Assembly (NCBI GenBank): GCA_964016885.1
Contig: OZ024759.1
Span: 3,286,001 to 3,350,000 of the forward strand
Length of the DNA: 64,000 bases
Direction of reading: 5' to 3'
From: Eledone cirrhosa
Lineage: Eukaryota
Every line of letters begins with the position of its first letter. The stretch's first letter is position 1. Positions 26,301 to 40,480 of this stretch are shown piece after piece. Both the position numbers and the translations under genes were made by a program. Below the pieces are notes generated by a model that saw only the letters and a program-made list of their open reading frames with translations, was not told the origin of the DNA and ran no database searches.

Positions 26301-29300
26301 CCTACACGGCCACATTACAGCGTGGACTGTCTGGCGGGTTTTCTACGGCTGGATGCCCTTCGTAACACCAACCACATTTACAGTGTGGGGCTGGGAGGTT
26401 TTTACCGTGTTGCCTACACAACCACATTACAGCATGGACTGTCTGGCAGGTTTTCTACGGCTGGATGCCTTTCCTAACACCAACCACATTTACAGTGTGG
26501 GGCTGGGAGGTTTTTACCGTGTTGCCTACACGGCCACATTACAGCGTGGATTGTCTGGCGGGTTTTCTACAGCTGGATGCCCTTCCTAACACCAACCACA
26601 TTTACAGTGTGGGGCTGGGAGGTTTTTACCGTGTTGCCTACACGACCACATTACAGCATGGACTGTCTGGCGGGTTTTCTACAGCTGGATGCTCTTCCTA
26701 ACACCAACCACATTTACAGTGTGGACCGAGACGTTTTTACCGTGTTTCCTACACGGCCACATTACAGCGTGGACTGACTGGCGGGTTTTCTACAGCTGGA
26801 TGCCCTTCTTAACACCAACCACATTTACAGTGTGGACTGGGAGGTTTTTACCTTGTTGCCTACACGGCCACATTACAGCGTGGACTGTCTGGCGAGTTTT
26901 CTACGGCTGGATGCCCTTCCTAACACCAACGACATTTACAGTGTGGACTGGGAGGTTTTTACCGTGTTGCCTACAAGGCCACATTACAGCGTGGACTGTC
27001 TGGCGGGTTTTCTACGGCTGGATGCCCTTCCTAACACCAACCACATTTACATTGTGGACTGGGAGATTTTTACCGTGTTGCCTACACGGCCACATTACAG
27101 CGTGGACTGTCTGGCGGGTTTTCTACGGCTGGATGCCCTTCCTAACACCAACCACATTTAGTGTGGGGTTGCGAGGTTTTTACCGTGTTGCCTACACGGC
27201 CATATTACAGCGTGGACTGACTGGCGGGTTTTCTACAGCTGGATGCTCTTCCTAACACCAACCACATTTACAGTGTGGACTGGGAGATTTTTACCGTGTT
27301 GCCTACACGGCCACATTACAGCGTGGACTGTCTGGCGGGTTTTCTACGGCTGGATGCCCTTCCTAACACCAACCACATTTAGTGTGGGGTTGCGAGGTTT
27401 TTACCGTGTTGCCTACACGGCCACATTACAGCGTGTACTGTCTGGCGGGTTTTCTACGGCTGGATGCCCTTCCTAACACCAACCACATTTACAGTGTGGG
27501 GCTGGGAGGTTTTTACCGTGTTGCCTACACGGCCACATTACAGCGTGGACTGTCTGGCGGGTTTTCTACGGCTGGATGCCCTTCCTAACACCAACCACAT
27601 TTACAGTGTGGGGCTGGGAGGTTTTTACTGTGTTGCCTACACAGCCACATTACAGCGTGGACTGTCTGGCGGGTTTTCTACAGCTGGATGCCCTTCCTAA
27701 CACCAACTACGTTTACAGTGTGGAACTGGGAGGTTTTTACCGTGTTGCCTACACGGCCACATTACAGCGTGGACTGTCTGGCGGATTTTCTACGGCTGGA
27801 TGCCCTTCCTAACACCAACCACATTTGCATTGTGGGCTGGGAGGTTTTTACCGTGTTGCCTACACGGCCACATTACAGTGTGGACTGTCTGGCGGGTTTT
27901 CTACAGCTGGATGCCCTTCCTAACACCAACTACGCTTACAGTGTGGAACTGGGAGGTTTTTACCGTGTTGCCTACACGGCCACATTACAGCGTGGACTGT
28001 CTGGCGGGTTTTCTACAGCTGGATGCCCTTCCTAACACCAACCACATTTACATTGTGGACTGGGAGATTTTTACCGTGTTGCCTACACGGCCACATTACA
28101 GCGTGGACTGTCTGGCGGGTTTTCTACAGCTGGATGCCCTTCCTAACACCAACCACATTTACAGTGTTGACTGGGAGATTTTTACCGTGTTGCCTACACG
28201 GCCACATTACAGCGTGGACTGTCTGGCGGGTTTTCTACGGCTGGATGCCCTTCCTAACACCAACCACATTTACAGTGTGGACTGGGAGGTTTTTAACGGG
28301 TTGCCTACACGGCCACATTACAGCGTGGACTGTCTGGCGGGTTATCTACGGCTGGATGCCCTTCCTAACACCAACCACATTTACAGTGTGGACTGGGAGG
28401 TTTTTATCGTGTTGCCTACCAGGCCACATTACAGCGTGGACTGTCTGGCGGGTTTTCTACAGCTGGATGCCCTTCCTAACACCAACTACGCTTACAGTGT
28501 GGAACTGGGAGGTTTTTACCGTGTTGCCTACACGGCCACATTACAGCGTGGACTGTCTGGCGGGTTTTCTACAGCTGGATGCCCTTCCTAACACCAACCA
28601 CATTTACAGTGTGGACTGGGAGATTTTTACCGTGTTGCCTACACGGCCACATTACAGCGTGGACTGTCTGGCGGGTTTTCTACGGCTGGATGCCCTTCCT
28701 AACACCAACCACATTTACAGTGAGGACTGGGAGGTTTTTACCGTGTTGCCTACACGGCCACATTACAGCGTGTACTGTCTGGCGGGTTTTCTACGGCTGG
28801 ATGCCCTTCCTAATACCAACCACATTTACAGTGTGGACTGGGAGGTTTTTACCGTGTTGCCTACACGGCCACATTACAGCGTGGACTGTCTGGCGGGTTT
28901 TCTACGGCTGGATGCCCTTCCTAACACCAACCACATTTAGTGTGGGGTTGCGAGGTTTTTACTGTGTTGCTTACACGGCCACATTATAGCGTGGACTCAC
29001 TGGCGGGTTTTCTACAGCTGGATGCCCTTCCTAACACCAACCACATTTACAGTGTGGACTGGGAGATTTTTACCGTGTTGCCTACACGGCCACATTACAG
29101 CGTGGACTGTCTGGCGGGTTATCTACGGCTGGATGCCCTTCCTAACACCAACCACATTTACAGTGTGGACTGGGAGGTTTTTACCGTGTTGCCTACACGG
29201 CCACATTACAGCGTGGACTGTCTGGCGGGTTTTCTACAGCTGGATGCCCTTCCTAACACCAACTACGTTTACAGTGTGGAACTGGGAGGTTTTTCCCGTG

Positions 29301-32300
29301 TTGCCTACACGGCCACATTACAGCGTGGACTGTCTGGCGGGTTTTCTACAGCTGGATGCCCTTCCTAACACCAACCACATTTACAGTGTGGACTGGGAGA
29401 TTTTTACCGTGTTGCCTACACGGCCACATTACAGCGTGGACTGTCTGGCGGGTTTTCTACGGCTGGATGCCCTTCCTAACACCAACCACATTTACAGTGT
29501 GGACTGGGAGGTTTTTACCGTGTTGCCTACACGGCCACATTACAGCGTGGACTGTCTGGCGGGTTATCTACGGCTGGATGCCCTTCCTAACACCAACCAC
29601 ATTTACAGTGTGGAACTGGGAGGTTTTTACCGTGTTGCCTACACGGCCACATTACAGCGTGGACTGTCTGGCGGGTTTTCTACGGCTGGATGCTATTCCT
29701 AACACCAACCACATTTACATTTTGGACTGGGAGATTTTTACCGTGTTGCCTACACGGCCACATTACAGCGTGGACTGTCTGGCGGGTTATTTACGGATGG
29801 ATGCCCTTCCTAACACCAACCACATTTACAGTGTGGACTGGGAGGTTTTTACCGTGTTGCCTACACGGCTACATTACAGCGTGGACTGTCTGGCGGGTTT
29901 TCTACGGCTGGATGCCCTTCCTCACACCAACTACTTTTACAGTGTGGAACTGGGAGGTTTTTAGCGTGTTGCCTACACGGCCACATTACAGCGTGGACTG
30001 TCTGGCGGGTTTTCTACGGCTGGATGCCCTTCCTAACACCAACTACGTTTACAGTGTGGAACTGGGAGGTTTTTAGCGTGTTGCCTACACGGCCACATTA
30101 CAGCGTGGACTGTCTGGCGGGTTTTCTACAGCTGGATGCCCTTCCTAACACCAACCACATTTACAGTGTGGACTGGGTGGTTTTTACCGTGTTGCCTACA
30201 CGGCCACATTACAGCGTGGACTGCCTGGCGGGTTATCTACGGCTGGATGCCCTTCCTAACACCAACCACATTTACAGTGTGGACTGGGAGGTTTTTACCG
30301 TGTTGCCTACACGGCCACATTACAGCGTGGACTGTCTGGCGGGTTTTCTACGGCTGGATGCCCTTCCTAACACCAACCACATTTACAGTGTGGGGCTGGG
30401 AGGTTTTTACCGTGTTGCCTGCACAGCCACATTACAGCGTGGACTGTCTGGCGTGTTTTCTACAGCTGGATGCCCTTCCTAACACCAACTACGTTTACAG
30501 TGTGGAACTGGGAGATTTTTACAGTGTTGCCTACACGGCCACATTACAGCGTGGACTGACTGGCGGGTTTTCTACAGCTGGATGCTCTTCCTAACACCAA
30601 CCACATTTACAGTGTGGACTGGGAGATTTTTACTGTGTTGCCTACACGGCCACATTACAGCGTGGACTGTCTGGCGGGTTTTCTACGGCTGGATGCCCTT
30701 CCTAACACCAACCACATTTACAGTGTGGGGCTGGGAGGTTTTTACCGTGTTGCCTGCACAGCCACATTACAGCGTGGACTGTCTGGCGGGTTTTCTACAG
30801 CTGGATGCCCTTCCTAACACCAACTACGTTTACAGTGTGGAACTGGGAGGTATTTACCGTGTTGCCTACACGGCCACATTACAGCGTGGACTGTCTGGCG
30901 GGTTTTCTACGGCTGGATGCCCTTCCTAACACCAACCACATTTACAGTGTGGGGCTGGGAGGTTTTTACCGTGTTGCCTACACGGCCACATTACAGCGTG
31001 GACTGTCTGGCGGGTTTTGTACGGCTGGATGCCCTTCCTAACACCAACCACATTTACAGTGTGGGCTGGGAGGTTTTTACCGTGTTGCCTACACGGCCAC
31101 ATTACAGCGTGGACTGTCTGGCGGGTTTTCTACAGCTGGATGCCCTTCCTAACACCAACTACGCTTACAGTGTGGAACTGGGAGGTTTTTTCCGTGTTGC
31201 CTACACGGCCACATTACAGCGTGGACTGTATGGCGGGTTTTCTACAGCTGGATGCCCTTCCTAACACCAACCACATTTACAGTGTGGACTGGGAGATTTT
31301 TACCGTGTTGCCTACACGGCCACATTACAGCGTGGACTGTCTGGCGGGTTTTCTACGGCTGGATGCCCTTCCTAACACCAACCACATTTACAGTGTGGGG
31401 CTGGGAGGTTTTTACCGTGTTGCCTGCACAGCCACATTACAGCGTGGACTGTCTGGCGGGTTTTCTACAGCTGGATGCCCTTCCTAACACCAACTACGTT
31501 TACAGTGTGGAACTGGGAGGTATTTACCGTGTTGCCTACACGGCCACATTACAGCGTGGACTGTCTAGCGGGTTTTCTACGGCTGGATGCCCTTCCTAAC
31601 ACCAACCACATTTACAGTGTGGGCTGGGGGGTTTTTACCGTGTTGCCTACACGGCCACATTACAGCGTGGACTGTCTGGCGGGTTTTCTACAGCTGGATG
31701 CCCTTCCTAACACCAACTACGCTTACAGTGTGGAACTGGGAGGTTTTTTCCGTGTTGCCTACACGGCCACATTACAGCGTGGACTGTCTGGCGGGTTTTC
31801 TACAGCTGGATGCCCTTCCTAACACCAACCACATTTACAGTGTGGACTGGGAGGTTTTTACCGTGTTGCCTACACGGCCACATTACAGCGTGGACTGTCT
31901 GGCGGGTTTTCTACGGCTGGATGCCCTTCCTAACACCAACCACATTTAGTGTGGGGTTGCGAGGTTTTTACTGTGTTGCCTACACGGCCACATTACAGCG
32001 TGGACTGTCTGGCGGGTTTTCTACGGCTGGATGCCCTTCCTAACACCAACCACATTTACATTGTGGACTGGGAGATTTTTACCGTGTTGCCTACACTGCC
32101 ACATTATGCGTGGACTGTCTGGCGGGTTTTCTACGGCTGGATGCCCTTCCTAACACCAACCACATTTACAGTGTGGGGCTGGGAGGTTTTTACTGTGTTG
32201 CCTACACAGCCACATTACAGCGTGGACTGTCTGGCGGGTTTTCTACAGCTGGATGCCCTTCCTAACACCAACTACGTTTACAGTGTGGAACTGGGAGGTT

Positions 32301-35300
32301 TTTACCGTGTTGCCTACACGGCCACATTACAGCGTGGACTGTCTGGCGGATTTTCTACGGCTGGATGCCCTTCCTAACACCAACCACATTTACATTGTGG
32401 GCTGGGAGGTTTTTACCGTGTTGCCTACACGGCCACATTACAGTGTGGACTGTCTGGCGGGTTTTCTACAGCTGGATGCCCTTCCTAACACCAACTACGC
32501 TTACAGTGTGGAACTGGGAGGTTTTTACCGTGTTGCCTACACGGCCACATTACAGCGTGGACTGTCTGGCGGGTTTTCTACAGCTGGATGCCCTTCCTAA
32601 CACCAACCACATTTACATTGTGGACTGGGAGATTTTTACCGTGTTGCCTACACGGCCACATTACAGCGTGGACTGTCTGGCGGGTTTTCTACGGCTGGAT
32701 GCCCTTCCTAACACCAACCACATTTACAGTTTGGGCTGGGAGGTTTTTACCGTGTTGCCTACACGGCCACATTACAGCGTGGACTGTCTGGCGGGTTTTC
32801 TACAGCTGGATGCCCTTCCTAACACCAACCACATTTACAGTGTGGACTGGGAGGTTTTACCGTGTTGCCTACACGGCCACATTACAGCGTGGACTGTCTG
32901 GCGGGTTTTCTACGGCTGGATGCCCTTCCTAACACCAACCACATTTACAGTGTGGACTGGGAGGTTTTTACCGTGTTGCCTACACGGCCACATTACAGCG
33001 TGGACTGTCTGGCGGGTTTTCTACGGCTGGATGCCCTTCCTAACACCAACCACATTTACAGTGTGGACTGGGAGGTTTTTACCGTGTTGCCTACAAGGCC
33101 ACATTACAGCGTGGACTGTCTGGCGGGTTTTCTACGGCTGGATGCCCTTCCTAACACCAACCACATTTACAGTGTGGACTGGGAGGTTTTTACCGTGTTG
33201 CCTACACGGCCACATTACAGCGTGGACTGTCTGGCGGGTTTTCTACGGCTGGATGCCCTTCCTAACACCAACCACATTTACAGTGTGGACTGGGAGGTTT
33301 TTACCGTGTTGCCTACAAGGCCACATTACAGCGTGGACTGTCTGGCGGGTTTTCTACGGCTGGATGCCCTTCCTAACACCAACCACATTTAGTGTGGGGT
33401 TCCGAGGTTTTTACCGTGTTGCCTACACGGCCACATTACAGCGTGGACTGTCTGGCGGGTTTTCTACGGCTGGATGCCCTTCCTAACACCAACCACATTT
33501 ACAGTGTGGGGCTGGGAGGTTTTTACCGTGTTGCCTGCACAGCCACATTACAGCGTGGACTGTCTGGCGGGTTTTCTACAGCTGGATGCCCTTCCTAACA
33601 CCAACTACGCTTACAGTGTGGAACTGGGAGGTTTTTTCCGTGTTGCCTACACGGCCACATTACAGCGTGGACTGTCTGGCGGGTTTTCTACAGCTGGATG
33701 CCCTTCCTAACATCAACCACATTTACAGTGTGGACTGGGAGGTTTTACCGTGTTGCCTACACGGCCACATTACAGCGTGGACTGTCTGGCGGGTTTTCTA
33801 CGGCTGGATGCCCTTCCTAACACCAACCACATTTACAGTGTGGACTGGGAGGTTTTTACCGTGTTGCCTACACGGCCACATTACAGCGTGGACTGTCTGG
33901 CGGGTTTTCTACGGCTGGATGCCCTTCGTAACACCAACCACATTTACAGTGTGGGGCTGGGAGGTTTTTACCGTGTTGCCTACACGGCCACATTACAGCG
34001 TGGACTGTCTGGCGGGTTTTGTACGGCTGGATGCCCTTCCTAACACCAACCACATTTACAGTGTGGGCTGGGAGGTTTTTACCGTGTTGCCTACACGGCC
34101 ACATTACAGCGTGGACTGTCTGGCAGGTTTTCTACGGCTGGATGCCTTTCCTAACACCAACCACATTTACAGTGTGGGGCTGGGAGGTTTTTACCGTGTT
34201 GCCTACACGGCCACATTACAGCGTGGATTGTCTGGCGGGTTTTCTACAGCTGGATGCCCTTCCTAACACCAACCACATTTACAGTGTGGGGCTGGGAGGT
34301 TTTTACCGTGTTGCCTACACGACCACATTACAGCATGGACTGTCTGGCGGGTTTTCTACAGCTGGATGCTCTTCCTAACACCAACCACATTTACAGTGTG
34401 GACCGAGACGTTTTTACCGTGTTTCCTACACGGCCACATTACAGCGTGGACTGACTGGCGGGTTTTCTACAGCTGGATGCCCTTCTTAACACCAACCACA
34501 TTTACAGTGTGGACTGGGAGGTTTTTACCGTGTTGCCTACACGGCCACATTACAGCGTGGACTGTCTGGCGGGTTTTCTACGGCTGGATGCCCTTCCTAA
34601 CACCAACCACATTTACAGTGTGGGCTGGGGGGTTTTTACCGTGTTGTCTACACGGCCACATTACAGCGTGGACTGTCTGGCGGGTTTTCTACAGCTGGAT
34701 GCCCTTCCTAACACCAACTACGCTTACAGTGTGGAACTGGGAGGTTTTTTCCGTGTTGCCTACACGGCCACATTACAGCGTGGACTGTCTGGCGGGTTTT
34801 CTACAGCTGGATGCCCTTCCTAACACCAACCACATTTACAGTGTGGACTGGGAGGTTTTACCGTGTTGCCTACACGGCCACATTACAGCGTGGACTGTCT
34901 GGCGGGTTTTCTACGGCTGGATGCCCTTCCTAACACCAACCACATTTACAGTGTGGACTGGGAGGTTTTTACCGTGTTGCCTACACGGCCACATTACAGC
35001 GTGGACTGTCTGGCGGGTTTTCTGCGGCTGGATGCCCTTCCTAACACCAACCACATTTACAGTGTGGACTGGGAGGTTTTTACCGTGTTGCCTACAAGGC
35101 CACATTACAGCGTGGACTGTCTGGCGGGTTTTCTACGGCTGGATGCCCTTCCTAACACCAACCACATTTACATTGTGGACTGGGAGATTTTTCCCGTGTT
35201 GCCTACACGGCCACATTACAGCGTGGACTGACTGGCGGGTTTTCTACAGCTGGATGCTCTTCCTAACACCAACCACATTTACAGTGTGGACTGGGAGGTT

Positions 35301-38300
35301 TTTACCGTGTTGCCTACACGGCCACATTACAGCGTGGACTGTCTGGCGGGTTATCTACGGCTGGATGCCCTTCCTAACACCAACCACATTTACAGTGTGG
35401 ACTGGGAGGTTTTTACCGTGTTGCCTACACGGCCACATTACAGCGTGGACTGTCTGGCGGGTTTTCTACGGCTGGATGCCCTTCCTAACACCAACCACAT
35501 TTACAGTGTGGGGCTGGGAGGTTTTTACCGTGTTGCCTGCACAGCCACATTACAGCGTGGACTGTCTGGCGGGTTTTCTACAGCTGGATGCCCTTCCTAA
35601 CACCAACTACGTTTACAGTGTGGAACTGGGAGGTTTTTACCGTGTTGCCTACACGGCCACATTACAGCGTGGACTGTCTGGCGGGTTTTCTACGGCTGGA
35701 TGCCCTTCCTAACACCAACCACATTTACAGTGTGGGCTGGGAGGTTTTTACCGTGTTGCCTACACGGCCACATTACAGCGTGGACTGTCTGGCGGGTTTT
35801 CTACAGCTGGATGCCCTTCCTAACACCAACCACATTTACAGTGTGGACTGGGAGGTTTTACCGTGTTGCCTACACGGCCACATTACAACGTGGACTGTCT
35901 GGCGGGTTTTCTACGGCTGGATGCCCTTCCTAACACCAACCACATTTACAGTGTGGACTGGGAGGTTTTTACCGTGTTGCCTACACGGCCACATTACAGC
36001 GTGGACTGTCTGGCGGGTTTTCTACGGCTGGATGCCCTTCGTAACACCAACCACATTTACAGTGTGGGGCTGGGAGGTTTTTACCGTGTTGCCTACACGG
36101 CCACATTACAGCGTGGACTGTCTGGCGGGTTTTGTACGGCTGGATGCCCTTCCTAACACCAACCACATTTACAGTGTGGGCTGGGAGGTTTTTACCGTGT
36201 TGCCTACACGGCCACATTACAGCGTGGACTGTCTGGCAGGTTTTCTACGGCTGGATGCCTTTCCTAACACCAACCACATTTACAGTGTGGGGCTGGGAGG
36301 TTTTTACCGTGTTGCCTACACGGCCACATTACAGCGTGGATTGTCTGGCGGGTTTTCTACAGCTGGATGCCCTTCCTAACACCAACCACATTTACAGTGT
36401 GGGGCTGGGAGGTTTTTACCGTGTTGCCTACACGACCACATTACAGCATGGACTGTCTGGCGGGTTTTCTACAGCTGGATGCTCTTCCTAACACCAACCA
36501 CATTTACAGTGTGGACCGAGACGTTTTTACCGTGTTTCCTACACGGCCACATTACAGCGTGGACTGACTGGCGGGTTTTCTACAGCTGGATGCCCTTCTT
36601 AACACCAACCACATTTACAGTGTGGACTGGGAGGTTTTTACCGTGTTGCCTACACGGCCACATTACAGCGTGGACTGTCTGGCGGGTTTTCTACGGCTGG
36701 ATGCCCTTCCTAACACCAACCACATTTACAGTGTGGGGCTGGGAGGTTTTTACCGTGTTGCCTGCACAGCCACATTACAGCGTGGACTGTCTGGCGGGTT
36801 TTCTACAGCTGGATGCCCTTCCTAACACCAACTACGTTTACAGTGTGGAACTGGGAGGTATTTACCGTGTTGCCTACACGGCCACATTACAGCGTGGACT
36901 GTCTGGCGGGTTTTCTACGGCTGGATGCCCTTCCTAACACCAACCACATTTACAGTGTGGGCTGGGGGGTTTTTACCGTTTTGTCTACACGGCCACATTA
37001 CAGCGTGGACTGTCTGGCGGGTTTTCTACAGCTGGATGCCCTTCCTAACACCAACTACGCTTACAGTGTGGAACTGGGAGGTTTTTTCCGTGTTGCCTAC
37101 ACGGCCACATTACAGCGTGGACTGTCTGGCGGGTTTTCTACAGCTGGATGCCCTTCCTAACACCAACCACATTTACAGTGTGGACTGGGAGGTTTTACCG
37201 TGTTGCCTACACGGCCACATTACAGCGTGGACTGTCTGGCGGGTTTTCTACGGCTGGATGCCCTTCCTAACACCAACCACATTTACAGTGTGGACTGGGA
37301 GGTTTTTACCGTGTTGCCTACACGGCCACATTACAGCGTGGACTGTCTGGCGGGTTTTCTGCGGCTGGATGCCCTTCCTAACACCAACCACATTTACAGT
37401 GTGGACTGGGAGGTTTTTACCGTGTTGCCTACAAGGCCACATTACAGCGTGGACTGTCTGGCGGGTTTTCTACGGCTGGATGCCCTTCCTAACACCAACC
37501 ACATTTACATTGTGGACTGGGAGATTTTTCCCGTGTTGCCTACACGGCCACATTACAGCGTGGACTGACTGGCGGGTTTTCTACAGCTGGATGCTCTTCC
37601 TAACACCAACCACATTTACAGTGTGGACTGGGAGGTTTTTACCGTGTTGCCTACACGGCCACATTACAGCGTGGACTGTCTGGCGGGTTATCTACGGCTG
37701 GATGCCCTTCCTAACACCAACCACATTTACAGTGTGGACTGGGAGGTTTTTACCGTGTTGCCTACACGGCCACATTACAGCGTGGACTGTCTGGCGGGTT
37801 TTCTACGGCTGGATGCCCTTCCTAACACCAACCACATTTACAGTGTGGGGCTGGGAGGTTTTTACCGTGTTGCCTGCACAGCCACATTACAGCGTGGACT
37901 GTCTGGCGGGTTTTCTACAGCTGGATGCCCTTCCTAACACCAACTACGTTTACAGTGTGGAACTGGGAGGTTTTTACCGTGTTGCCTACACGGCCACATT
38001 ACAGCGTGGACTGTCTGGCGGGTTTTCTACGGCTGGATGCCCTTCCTAACACCAACCACATTTACAGTGTGGGCTGGGAGGTTTTTACCGTGTTGCCTAC
38101 ACGGCCACATTACAGCGTGGACTGTCTGGCGGGTTTTCTACAGCTGGATGCCCTTCCTAACACCAACCACATTTACAGTGTGGACTGGGAGGTTTTACCG
38201 TGTTGCCTACACGGCCACATTACAACGTGGACTGTCTGGCGGGTTTTCTACGGCTGGATGCCCTTCCTAACACCAACCACATTTACAGTGTGGACTGGGA

Positions 38301-40480
38301 GGTTTTTACCGTGTTGCCTACACGGCCACATTACAGCGTGGACTGTCTGGCGGGTTTTCTACGGCTGGATGCCCTTCCTAACACCAACCACATTTACAGT
38401 GTGGACTGGGAGGTTTTTACCGTGTTGCCTACAAGGCCACATTACAGCGTGGACTGTCTGGCGGGTTTTCTACGGCTGGATGCCCTTCCTAACACCAACC
38501 ACATTTACAGTGTGGACTGGGAGGTTTTTACCGTGTTGCCTACACGGCCACATTACAGCGTGGACTGTCTGGCGGGTTTTCTACGGCTGGATGCCCTTCC
38601 TAACACCAACCACATTTACAGTGTGGACTGGGAGGTTTTTACCGTGTTGCCTACAAGGCCACATTACAGCGTGGACTGTCTGGCGGGTTTTCTACGGCTG
38701 GATGCCCTTCCTAACACCAACCACATTTAGTGTGGGGTTCCGAGGTTTTTACCGTGTTGCCTACACGGCCACATTACAGCGTGGACTGTCTGGCGGGTTT
38801 TCTACGGCTGGATGCCCTTCCTAACACCAACCACATTTACAGTGTGGGGCTGGGAGGTTTTTACCGTGTTGCCTGCACAGCCACATTACAGCGTGGACTG
38901 TCTGGCGCGTTTTCTACAGCTGGATGCCCTTCCTAACACCAACTACGCTTACAGTGTGGAACTGGGAGGTTTTTTCCGTGTTGCCTACACGGCCACATTA
39001 CAGCGTGGACTGTCTGGCGGGTTTTCTACAGCTGGATGCCCTTCCTAACATCAACCACATTTACAGTGTGGACTGGGAGGTTTTACCGTGTTGCCTACAC
39101 GGCCACATTACAGCGTGGACTGTCTGGCGGGTTTTCTACGGCTGGATGCCCTTCCTAACACCAACCACATTTACAGTGTGGACTGGGAGGTTTTTACCGT
39201 GTTGCCTACACGGCCACATTACAGCGTGGACTGTCTGGCGGGTTTTCTACGGCTGGATGCCCTTCGTAACACCAACCACATTTACAGTGTGGGGCTGGGA
39301 GGTTTTTACCGTGTTGCCTACACGACCACATTACAGCATGGACTGTCTGGCAGGTTTTCTACGGCTGGATGCCTTTCCTAACACCAACCACATTTACAGT
39401 GTGGGGCTGGGAGGTTTTTACCGTGTTGCCTACACGGCCACATTACAGCGTGGATTGTCTGGCGGGTTTTCTACAGCTGGATGCCCTTCCTAACACCAAC
39501 CACATTTACAGTGTGGGGCTGGGAGGTTTTTACCGTGTTGCCTACACGACCACATTACAGCATGGACTGTCTGGCGGGTTTTCTACAGCTGGATGCTCTT
39601 CCTTACACCAACCACATTTACAGTGTGGACCGAGACGTTTTTACCGTGTTTCCTACACGGCCACATTACAGCGTGGACTGACTGGCGGGTTTTCTACAGC
39701 TGGATGCCCTTCTTAACACCAACCACATTTACAGTGTGGACTGGGAGGTTTTTACCTTGTTGCCTACACGGCCACATTACAGCGTGGACTGTCTGGCGAG
39801 TTTTCTACGGCTGGATGCCCTTCCTAACACCAACCACATTTACAGTGTGGACTGGGAGGTTTTTACCGTGTTGCCTACAAGGCCACATTACAGCGTGGAC
39901 TGTCTGGCGGGTTTTCTACGGCTGGATGCCCTTCCTAACACCAACCACATTTACATTGTGGACTGGGAGATTTTTACCGTGTTGCCTACACGGCCACATT
40001 ACAGCGTGGACTGTCTGGCGGGTTTTCTACGGCTGGATGCCCTTCCTAACACCAACCACATTTAGTGTGGGGTTGCGAGGTTTTTACCGTGTTGCCTACA
40101 CGGCCATATTACAGCGTGGACTGACTGGCGGGTTTTCTACAGCTGGATGCTCTTCCTAACACCAACCACATTTACAGTGTGGACTGGGAGATTTTTACCG
40201 TGTTGCCTACACGGCCACATTACAGCGTGGACTGTCTGGCGGGTTTTCTACGGCTGGATGCCCTTCCTAACACCAACCACATTTAGTGTGGGGTTGCGAG
40301 GTTTTTACCGTGTTGCCTACACGGCCACATTACAGCGTGTACTGTCTGGCGGGTTTTCTACGGCTGGATGCCCTTCCTAACACCAACCACATTTACAGTG
40401 TGGGGCTGGGAGGTTTTTACCGTGTTGCCTACACGGCCACATTACAGCGTGGACTGTCTGGCGGGTTTTCTACGGCTGGA
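17340..40480. repeat. Large tandem segmental duplication within the satellite: copy 1 about 17340-27570 (92 monomers), copy 2 about 27570-40480 (expanded to about 116 monomers)
   Basis: Collinear rare variants: TTTTAACGGG at 18061/28291 and CTACTTTTAC at 19701/29931 (offset 10230); GACCGAGACG at 23611/34401 (10790) and 26724/39628 (12904). ORF pairs step through offsets 10230, 10790, 10566 and 12903/12904. Confidence 0.9.
22125..22235 (+). repeat. Representative exact-consensus 111-bp monomer
   Basis: Read directly: gctggatgcccttcctaacaccaaccacatttacagtgtggactgggaggtttttaccgtgttgcctacacggccacattacagcgtggactgtctggcgggttttctacg; the next monomer starts at 22236; 59/111 G+C. Confidence 0.97.
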
